Virus record (IMG/VR): IMGVR_UViG_3300023179_000058
Location: 1 to 64,000 of that record
DNA from: a virus
Strand: one strand, 5' to 3'
Length of the DNA stretch: 64,000 nt
Shown here: piece after piece, positions 21,070 to 26,704 of the stretch
How the letters are laid out: every line of letters starts with the position of its first letter
How positions within the stretch are numbered: the first letter of the stretch is position 1
Translations under genes and position numbers: made by a program
Notes under the pieces: model-generated
The model's database searches: none
Told to the model about the DNA's origin: nothing
Seen by the model: the letters and a program-made list of their open reading frames with translations, nothing else

Positions 21070-21183
21070 ATGCAGTCCATATCCCTCCATAGTAGAAAAC
21101 TAGATTGCACATATGCGATGCCATTCGTAGGCTCACGCACACCTGCGATTTGGGAAAATAGCCGAGGGGGCTCGGAGGGCTGA
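21070..21183 (+). CDS. candidate attenuator leader peptide MQSISLHSRKLDCTYAMPFVGSRTPAIWENSRGGSEG
   Basis: RBS AAAGGAAG, ATG at 21070, TGA-TAA double stop; all 20 amino acids within the first 30 codons; terminator follows. Confidence 0.7.
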   Translation: MQSISLHSRKLDCTYAMPFVGSRTPAIWENSRGGSEG

Positions 21184-21203
21184 TAAGTTGTAAAAAGTCA
21201 ATC

Positions 21204-21248
21204 CAAACAAAAACCCCCTAGACTAAAAAACTAGGGGGTTTTTGTTTG
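21204..21248 (+). terminator. intrinsic terminator/attenuator hairpin
   Basis: Perfect 18-bp inverted repeat CAAACAAAAACCCCCTAG / CTAGGGGGTTTTTGTTTG. Confidence 0.85.
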
Positions 21249-21299
21249 TGTTGTAAAAAAACAACATCACTTGACAAGAGTGGTGAAGTTTGATAGAAT
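21249..21299 (+). promoter_or_regulatory. TGTTG-N8-CAACA box plus sigma70 promoter
   Basis: Box at 21249-21266; TTGACA at 21271, 17-bp spacer, TAGAAT at 21294. Confidence 0.8.
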
Positions 21300-21307
21300 A
21301 GAATTTT

Positions 21308-21383
21308 CCGGCTGTGGTCTAATGGATAAGGCAACGCTCTTCTAAAGCGTCCGATGTGGGTTCGATTCCTGCCAGCCGGGCCA
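21308..21383 (+). tRNA. tRNA-Arg(UCU)
   Basis: Cloverleaf; loop CT-TCT-AA; encoded CCA. Confidence 0.92.
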
Positions 21384-21409
21384 GTTGTAAAAATACAGCA
21401 GAAAAGTGA

Positions 21410-21438
21410 TTGACAAGTCCTTGGACTTAGCGTAGAAT
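21410..21438 (+). promoter_or_regulatory. second sigma70 promoter of the tRNA array
   Basis: TTGACA-17-TAGAAT; degenerate box AGTTG-N8-CAGCA at 21383-21400. Confidence 0.75.
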
Positions 21439-21482
21439 TGATTTCTGTTGTGAGTGATTCAGATAAGTCTGGATCACAAAAA

Positions 21483-21497
21483 GTTCTTTAACAATTT
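21483..21497 (+). promoter_or_regulatory. rrn-type boxA antitermination element
   Basis: GTTCTTTAACAATTT preceded by hairpin GTGATTCAGA...TCTGGATCAC. Confidence 0.7.
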
Positions 21498-21508
21498 GTA
21501 TCAGGTAT

Positions 21509-21584
21509 GCACCTATCGTCTAACGGTTAGGACGGCGCCCTTTCAAGGCGCAAACGGCGGGTTCGATTCCCCCTAGGTGTACCA
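21509..21584 (+). tRNA. tRNA-Glu(UUC)
   Basis: Cloverleaf; CT-TTC-AA; CCA. Confidence 0.92.
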
Positions 21585-21798
21585 TATTAAAACGCATTGG
21601 GTTACCAAGCCAGTAGGTACCTTAGTAGAGAATTATTCCTAGTGACGGCTAGGCTCTGCTAAGACTACATGAAGCCTCCCGAGGGTGCTGGAACAACTTG
21701 GCAAGTAATGTGGTTGATAGACAAGTCCGTGGACGGCACGGTAGGGCAGGTTCAAAACTGTTTCTTCTATCAAACATCCTAATGCGTTTTAATATGGT
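21581..21798 (+). ncRNA. unknown structured RNA closed by an 18-bp perfect terminal stem
   Basis: ACCATATTAAAACGCATT / AATGCGTTTTAATATGGT; internal hairpins; no credible ORF. Confidence 0.55.
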
Positions 21799-21949
21799 AC
21801 CATTTGTTAAGTGTTATCAAGGTATCGTGTATGGACGCATACACTATTCGGGTCAAAGCGGCCGGCGACTGATCCTGATATAACTGCTATCGGCTGTGGC
21901 ACGGAAGCACCGGACGCCTAAATTTAGCGGATAACACTTAACAAATGGT
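21799..21949 (+). ncRNA. unknown structured RNA closed by a 20-bp perfect terminal stem
   Basis: ACCATTTGTTAAGTGTTATC / GATAACACTTAACAAATGGT; internal hairpin GTGTATG-GACG-CATACAC. Confidence 0.55.
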
Positions 21950-21952
21950 AAT

Positions 21953-22030
21953 GTGAGGGTGCCAGAGCGGTCGAATGGCGGAGCCTGCAAAACTCTTGTA
22001 TCGTGGGTTCGAATCCCACTCCTCACTCCA
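21953..22030 (+). tRNA. tRNA-Cys(GCA)
   Basis: Cloverleaf; CT-GCA-AA; U73 discriminator; CCA. Confidence 0.88.
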
Positions 22031-22040
22031 GAAGAATATT

Positions 22041-22129
22041 GGGTTCTGCCCCCTACGGCGGACTGTAAATCCGTTGGCATTGTTTTGTAGGGAAGTTGCC
22101 TCGTGGAGCGTTACCATCAGGACCCACCA
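22041..22129 (+). tRNA. atypical D-armless tRNA-Tyr(GUA)-like RNA
   Basis: Acceptor GGGTTCT/AGGACCC-A-CCA; anticodon arm GCGGA-CTGTAAA-TCCGT; no D-stem; aberrant T-loop. Confidence 0.65.
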
Positions 22130-22251
22130 TAGTCACACCATCAAGGTGTGTCAATCCAGCAAAAAGTGCTGGCGTGTATAGCGGTGCATCAACGATGTAC
22201 TTTCGGTATCCGCGTAAGAGATACGGCTAAAGTTCGTAATGCCAAATATTT

Positions 22252-22326
22252 GGGGGATTGGTATAATTGGGAACACAGTACCCTTGCAAGGTACAGTTAG
22301 CGGTTCGATTCCGCTATCCTCCACCA
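22252..22326 (+). tRNA. tRNA-Ala(UGC)
   Basis: G3-U70 pair; CT-TGC-AA; CCA. Confidence 0.92.
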
Positions 22327-22330
22327 AATT

Positions 22331-22406
22331 GCCGCCTTAGTTCAATGGATAAGAATCCGGTGCTACGAACGCTGAGATGGGAGTTCGATTCTCTCAGGCG
22401 GTGCCA
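22331..22406 (+). tRNA. tRNA-Arg(ACG)
   Basis: CT-ACG-AA; CCA. Confidence 0.9.
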
Positions 22407-22415
22407 GCAGATTTT

Positions 22416-22489
22416 GGGGGTATAACTTAGTGGTAAAGTAGTAGGCTTTTAACCTATTAACCAGAGTTCGATTCTCTGTACCCCTACCA
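22416..22489 (+). tRNA. tRNA-Lys(UUU)
   Basis: CT-TTT-AA; CCA. Confidence 0.92.
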
Positions 22490-22495
22490 AGTTTA

Positions 22496-22571
22496 GGTTC
22501 TAAAGTGTTCATGGACGCACGTTGGCTTGTCACGCCAAAAGAGTGGGGATCGTTACCCCCTAGAACCGCCA
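22496..22571 (+). tRNA. tRNA-Asp(GUC)
   Basis: TT-GTC-AC; G73; atypical T-loop ATCGTTA; CCA. Confidence 0.88.
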
Positions 22572-22576
22572 AGTTT

Positions 22577-22652
22577 CGCAGAGTATGGAAGTGGTCATCC
22601 GCTTGGTTTCATAAGCCAAGAACCGCAGGTTCGAATCCTGCCTCTGCAACCA
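22577..22652 (+). tRNA. initiator-type tRNA-fMet(CAU)
   Basis: C1:A72 mismatch; TT-CAT-AA; CCA. Confidence 0.85.
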
Positions 22653-22657
22653 ATTTT

Positions 22658-22713
22658 AGGATACTTTCAGCAATCAAATAACTTTACTGGTAATAAAGCA
22701 AAAGCGTATCCTG
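22658..22713 (+). ncRNA. TROVE-linked repeat RNA, copy A, with Thr(GGU) anticodon-like stem-loop
   Basis: AGGATAC-TTTCAGCAA...GTATCCT-G; CTTTA-CTGGTAA-TAAAG hairpin. Confidence 0.6.
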
Positions 22714-22722
22714 TTATTTTAT

Positions 22723-22797
22723 TCCACAGTAGCACAGCGGTAGTGCAGTTGACTGTTAATCAATTGGTCGTAGGTTCGATCCCTGCCTGTGGAGCCA
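22723..22797 (+). tRNA. tRNA-Asn(GUU)
   Basis: CT-GTT-AA; CCA. Confidence 0.92.
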
Positions 22798-22965
22798 TTC
22801 GTGAGAGTCCGAAAGCGAGGTGCTTGACTAGCGACCTGACTGCCGAGGGAATACCACTCTCTATCGCCATCGATTTTACGGATTAGTCACCGACAGATGG
22901 TTTCAGATAGTAGATACCGCTTATCTAGGTATTAAACGGATATGGCAGTACTCTCACTAATGGCT
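22793..22965 (+). ncRNA. unknown structured RNA closed by a 15/16-bp terminal stem that includes the tRNA-Asn GCCA
   Basis: AGCCATTCGTGAGAGT / ACTCTCACTAATGGCT; internal ACTGCC/GGCAGT helix. Confidence 0.5.
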
Positions 22966-22967
22966 AA

Positions 22968-23042
22968 GGTGATGTAGCACAATGGTAGTGCATTTCCTTC
23001 ATACGGAAGAGGTTGGGGGCTCGAATCCCTCCATCACCACCA
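22968..23042 (+). tRNA. tRNA-Met(CAU), elongator type
   Basis: TT-CAT-AC; paired 1:72; CCA. Ile2 cannot be excluded by eye. Confidence 0.8.
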
Positions 23043-23047
23043 GTTTC

Positions 23048-23121
23048 GCCCCATTAGTTAAATGGTAGAACATCGGTTTTGTAATCCGAGAATGGCAGTT
23101 CGATTCTGTCATGGGGCACCA
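23048..23121 (+). tRNA. tRNA-Thr(UGU)
   Basis: TT-TGT-AA; CCA. Confidence 0.9.
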
Positions 23122-23127
23122 AGTTTA

Positions 23128-23204
<77 letters not shown>

Positions 23205-23244
23205 AAATCGTTAAAAAATAAATAGTGAAGAAGGAGGTCCGCAA

Positions 23245-23664
23245 ATGGAACTAAATCTTTACGGTAGTCGAATAAAGGCATGTCAAAGAAGGGCATTAAA
23301 CTACTTTGCCAGCCAATTGTTTACTCCGCAAATGATTCCAAATTTGCATGTCCGAATTAGTTATAAAAGTAATATGGGTAATGAATACGGTTGGGTTTAT
23401 GCCGAAGACTATAACATGTCAGGTGAACCGCGACACTTCATTATGGCTATAGCAAAAGATGATGATGTAAACACACAAATTCGTACTATGGCACATGAAA
23501 TGGTTCATGTGCGACAGTTTGTTCGCAAAGAGTTAGATGAAGATTTAACTCGTTGGAAATCTCGAAGAGTAAACACGGACGTTATTCCGTACAGAGAATT
23601 GCCTTGGGAAATAGAAGCATTTCGTTTAGGCGATAAATTATATAAACAATACATGGAGTTGTAA
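23245..23664 (+). CDS. putative zinc metallopeptidase
   Basis: AHEMVHVRQ (HExxH) and PWEIEA motifs; RBS AGGAGG. Confidence 0.75.
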   Translation: MELNLYGSRIKACQRRALNYFASQLFTPQMIPNLHVRISYKSNMGNEYGWVYAEDYNMSGEPRHFIMAIAKDDDVNTQIRTMAHEMVHVRQFVRKELDEDLTRWKSRRVNTDVIPYRELPWEIEAFRLGDKLYKQYMEL

Positions 23665-23665
23665 C

Positions 23666-23851
23666 ATGACACAAGAGGCAGGCAAAGGAAGCAAGCCTCG
23701 TCCTTTTAGTGTATCTCATGATGAATGGTCAAATCGATGGGATGCTATTTTTGGTCGAGACTTACTAGAAACGAAAGAGCAACCATCAGAGGTTGATGAT
23801 AAGATAACAAGATACAATGAGGAAACTCAAGAAGTAAAATCGCGGGTATAG
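23666..23851 (+). CDS. hypothetical protein (GKGSKPRP)
   Basis: Short ORF whose end overlaps tRNA-Gly. Confidence 0.6.
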   Translation: MTQEAGKGSKPRPFSVSHDEWSNRWDAIFGRDLLETKEQPSEVDDKITRYNEETQEVKSRV

Positions 23852-23917
23852 TGTTAGCGGTAGCACGGCGGTCTTCCAAACCTCAAGCGAGGAGTTCGAA
23901 TCTCCCTACCCGCTCCA
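23842..23917 (+). tRNA. tRNA-Gly(UCC)
   Basis: CT-TCC-AA; U73; CCA. Confidence 0.88.
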
Positions 23918-23932
23918 ACAAGGAAACAAATC

Positions 23933-24403
23933 ATGAGAAAAATTAATTTGGAAGAAGTGAAAGCATTCATAGCAGATCAAACTCCTGAAACAAAAGTTTA
24001 TCTTGGATGTGATTCAGAAAGATTCAGAATAGGTGAAGTGTGGTACGCAGACTATATTACCGCAGTTGTAGTTCACATCAATGGCAACAACGGTTGCAAA
24101 TTGTTTGGACAAATAGAACGTGAAAGAGATTATGATCAGAAAGTTGATCGTCCTCGTTTTCGTTTGATGAATGAAGTTTATCGTGCAAGTGACATGTATT
24201 TGAAACTTGCAGATGTATTAGAAGGTCGCCATGTTGAAGTACACTTGGATATTAATCCAGACCAAATGTATGGATCATCTTGCGTAATTCAAGAAGCGAT
24301 AGGTTACATTCGTGGAACATGTAATGTTATACCTCTTGTTAAACCTCATGCATGGGCGGCTACACATGCGGCAGATCGTTTTAAGTATGCAGTTGCGGCA
24401 TAG
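23933..24403 (+). CDS. RNase H-like YkuK (DUF458) family protein
   Basis: YLGCDSE, EVHLDIN and KPHAWAATHAAD motifs. Confidence 0.8.
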   Translation: MRKINLEEVKAFIADQTPETKVYLGCDSERFRIGEVWYADYITAVVVHINGNNGCKLFGQIERERDYDQKVDRPRFRLMNEVYRASDMYLKLADVLEGRHVEVHLDINPDQMYGSSCVIQEAIGYIRGTCNVIPLVKPHAWAATHAADRFKYAVAA

Positions 24404-24409
24404 CCTTAT

Positions 24410-24483
24410 TGGGTTGTGGTCTAATGGTAGGACACCTGACTTTGACTCAGGTAGTTGTGGTTCGAATCCATACAGCCCAGCCA
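24410..24483 (+). tRNA. tRNA-Gln(UUG)
   Basis: U1-A72; CT-TTG-AC; CCA. Confidence 0.92.
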
Positions 24484-24490
24484 TTTTAAA

Positions 24491-24564
24491 GTCTCGCTGG
24501 TGTAATGGCAACATGCCGGTCTCCAAAACCGTTGATGGGGGTTCGAATCCCTCGCGGGGCGCCA
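24491..24564 (+). tRNA. tRNA-Trp(CCA)
   Basis: CT-CCA-AA; CCA end. Confidence 0.9.
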
Positions 24565-24565
24565 T

Positions 24566-25204
24566 ATGAAAAAACCAAGAATTGCAATATTTGTTAATCA
24601 CCCACAATGCTCTGTTCAAAGCGCACATGGCGTGATTCGTTCATTGTATTTCGATTACGATATAGATTGTATATCAGACAAACATCTTAAAGATAAAACA
24701 CTTGCGAAATATGATATGCTTGTATTTCCTGGTGGGCTTGGTGATAGTGATACTTGGCACGATATAGTAGAGCCATACAAAGATGCAGTAGTGAATCGCA
24801 TTGCAAAAGGCGGTAGATACTTAGGTATTTGTATGGGTGCATATTGGGCAGGGCATCATTATTTCAACATCACAAACATTAAGGCAGAGCAATACATTAC
24901 TCGTCCTAATGCAGATGTAAAAAGAAGTTTCGGTACAGTTGCAAAAGTTCGTTGGTTAGAGTATGATGAGAACATGTATTTTTATGATGGTTGTTCATTG
25001 ATAGGTGATGAAAAAGATTATGATGTAATTGCGCGATACTCAAATGGAGATGCCGCCGCAGTCATACAAAATAATATAGGGCTGATAGGTCCACATCCAG
25101 AGAGTGACATATATTGGTTTGAAAAACCATACATGCAAAAACACTGGCATCACTATCGTCACAATCAATTACTAGTACAGTTCGCTAGAAGATTATTTAA
25201 TTAA
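24566..25204 (+). CDS. class I glutamine amidotransferase-like protein (BPL_N type)
   Basis: VFPGG, YLGICMGAY and GPHPE motifs. Confidence 0.8.
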   Translation: MKKPRIAIFVNHPQCSVQSAHGVIRSLYFDYDIDCISDKHLKDKTLAKYDMLVFPGGLGDSDTWHDIVEPYKDAVVNRIAKGGRYLGICMGAYWAGHHYFNITNIKAEQYITRPNADVKRSFGTVAKVRWLEYDENMYFYDGCSLIGDEKDYDVIARYSNGDAAAVIQNNIGLIGPHPESDIYWFEKPYMQKHWHHYRHNQLLVQFARRLFN

Positions 25205-25279
25205 GCCTTGTTAACTCAGAGGTAGAGTAGCGCCCTTACAAGGCGAATGTCGGCAGTTCGATCCTGTCACAAGGCACCA
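25205..25279 (+). tRNA. tRNA-Val(UAC)
   Basis: CT-TAC-AA; CCA. Confidence 0.92.
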
Positions 25280-25284
25280 TCTAT

Positions 25285-25360
25285 GCAGGGAATAGTGTAA
25301 AGGTTAGCACAAATGTCTGTGAAACATTTAGTCAGGGTTCGATTCCCGTTCACCTGCCCA
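25285..25360 (+). tRNA. tRNA-His(GUG)
   Basis: G-1:C73; CT-GTG-AA; CCA. Confidence 0.85.
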
Positions 25361-25364
25361 ATTC

Positions 25365-25438
25365 GCTCTCATAGTTAAGTGGTATAACGCATCCTTGGTA
25401 AGGATGAATTACAAGTTCAATTCTTGTTGGGAGCACCA
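25365..25438 (+). tRNA. tRNA-Thr(GGU)
   Basis: TT-GGT-AA; CCA. Confidence 0.9.
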
Positions 25439-25439
25439 T

Positions 25440-25530
25440 GCCTCTATAGTTTAATGGTAAAACAGCGGGCTTATACTCCGTAGCAACAGATAATTGGCTG
25501 ATGTAGGTTCGAATCCTACTAGAGGTACCA
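25440..25530 (+). tRNA. tRNA-Ile(UAU) with long variable arm
   Basis: GCGGG-CTTATAC-TCCGT; about 20-nt variable region; CCA. Confidence 0.82.
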
Positions 25531-25532
25531 AC

Positions 25533-25608
25533 GCCGCTTGAGCAAGTGTGGTCATTGCATCGGTTTGAAGCACCGAGGAAGTTGGTTCGATCCCAACAGG
25601 CGGTACCA
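25533..25608 (+). tRNA. tRNA-Phe(GAA)
   Basis: TT-GAA-GC; CCA. Confidence 0.88.
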
Positions 25609-25616
25609 GAATTTAC

Positions 25617-25691
25617 ACCGGATTAACTCAGCGGTAGAGTAATCGCTTGATAAGCGATAAGTCATTGGTTCGATCCCAATATCCGGTACCA
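25617..25691 (+). tRNA. tRNA-Ile(GAU)
   Basis: TT-GAT-AA; CCA. Confidence 0.92.
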
Positions 25692-25692
25692 T

Positions 25693-26001
25693 GCCCTCAT
25701 GGACAAATATATTTAATATTTGTCTATAAAATCAAGCCATGGTCTACAATGTGCTATTGACATAGTAAACCACATTAAAGCCATTTCATATGATTGGGTA
25801 CCGCACATGGGTAGATTGAAGTAAAACAGATTAACAAACCCCAAAATCATAAACAATGGAGTTGGAAAAAGAATGATAAATTTTTTTATATTAGACATTA
25901 TTCGTATCCTCAGCGCACGGCTGGCGCGCTCATGCCATATTTATGCTACTTTACTCTTAAAAGGAGAAGTTCTCTCAGTTCGAATCTGAGTGAGGGTACC
26001 A
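25693..26001 (+). pseudogene. tRNA-Leu split by an approximately 245-bp insertion
   Basis: 5' part GCCCTCATGGACAAAT (25693-25708) pairs with TGAGGGT-A-CCA; 3' part 25954-26001 has the anticodon loop CTTAAAA and an intact T-arm. Confidence 0.7.
25713..25898 (-). CDS. small two-TM membrane protein inserted in the tRNA-Leu gene
   Basis: 61 aa, hydrophobic; minus-strand RBS GAGGA and CATAAATA late-type promoter near 25938-25945. Confidence 0.6.
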   Translation of the reverse strand: MSNIKKFIILFPTPLFMILGFVNLFYFNLPMCGTQSYEMALMWFTMSIAHCRPWLDFIDKY

Positions 26002-26014
26002 GAAATAAATAATT

Positions 26015-26091
26015 GCCCAGGTGATGGAATTGGTATACATGTTAGTCTTAGAAACTAAATCTTGCGGGTTCGAGTCCCGCCTTGGGCACCA
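26015..26091 (+). tRNA. tRNA-Leu(UAG), short variable loop
   Basis: CT-TAG-AA; 5-nt variable region; CCA. Confidence 0.88.
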
Positions 26092-26096
26092 AATAA

Positions 26097-26187
26097 GGAA
26101 GTGTGGCAGAGTCCGGTTTATTGCAACAGTCTTGAAAACTGTCGGCCTCACAAGGGTCCGTGAGTTCAAATCTCACCGCTTCCGCCA
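26097..26187 (+). tRNA. tRNA-Ser(UGA)
   Basis: CT-TGA-AA; long variable arm; G73; CCA. Confidence 0.92.
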
Positions 26188-26196
26188 ACATTTACC

Positions 26197-26236
26197 ATGA
26201 AAGTGTCTTGACATTTTCATAGATACCTGATACAAT
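26197..26236 (+). promoter_or_regulatory. sigma70 promoter with a palindromic operator over the -35
   Basis: TTGACA (26208)-17-TACAAT (26231); inverted repeat ATGAAAGTGTC-TT-GACATTTTCAT. Confidence 0.7.
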
Positions 26237-26256
26237 TGTGATATTGAGTTAGTAAA

Positions 26257-26478
26257 GGGTTGGATTCAGCAATCTTTAACATAAAACGCTAAAGAACTGT
26301 CTTCTACAGGAGGACCACCGCAAGGTGTAATTACGGAGACTAGAGAGTAAACTCGAATTAAATCTGACGCTGGAAAGACAGAAAAATGATGGTAGTCCAT
26401 TTGATTACGGTGGGGTTTTTTCATCCGCAAGGAAGCACCGTGGTTTAAGAACCGATAATATCTTACCCGACCAACCCG
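26257..26478 (+). ncRNA. TROVE-linked repeat RNA, copy B
   Basis: GGGTTGG-ATTCAGCAA...CCAACCC-G enclosing several hairpins (GCAA tetraloops). Confidence 0.55.
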
Positions 26479-26498
26479 ATTTTATTATATTATTTATT

Positions 26499-26617
26499 AG
26501 GATAGGTTCAGCAACCCAAAAAAATAGGTTAACGCCTATTTAATACTGACGGCCGAGTTCGCTTGGCGACATGAGTTTCGAGTTCTCATGTAAATCAAAA
26601 AGTAGAAAACTATCCTG
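26499..26617 (+). ncRNA. TROVE-linked repeat RNA, copy C
   Basis: AGGATAG-GTTCAGCAA...CTATCCT-G with three internal hairpins. Confidence 0.6.
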
Positions 26618-26630
26618 TTGTTTTAATTTT

Positions 26631-26689
26631 AGGTTAATTCCCGCAATCAAAGCATACGACTTGTAACCGTAAAAAGCAAACTTAACCTG
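26631..26689 (+). ncRNA. TROVE-linked repeat RNA, copy D, with Thr(UGU) anticodon-like stem-loop
   Basis: AGGTTAA-TTCCCGCAA...TTAACCT-G; TACGA-CTTGTAA-CCGTA hairpin. Confidence 0.6.
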
Positions 26690-26704
26690 TTGAAAGGAAA
26701 TATC

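Noticed and set aside
21249-21266. LexA SOS box
   Set aside because: The motif is TGTTG-N8-CAACA, not CTGT-N8-ACAG.
22806-22829. AGTCCGA...TTGACT resembling the canonical Ro60-binding bulged helix of Y RNAs
   Set aside because: The AGT is needed for the longer closing stem with 22950-22957 and flanking pairs are missing. It may be chance and is not called a Y RNA without a model search.
21698-22886. ORF-track ORFs at 21698, 21853, 21975, 22363 and 22527
   Set aside because: They overlap tRNA genes or structured RNAs and lack RBSs, so they are treated as shadow ORFs.
25954-26001. Possible ochre-suppressor tRNA (TTA) and alternative genetic code
   Set aside because: The best loop register gives TAA (Leu) and the gene is split. 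Core genes end normally in TAA, TGA or TAG with no sign of readthrough.
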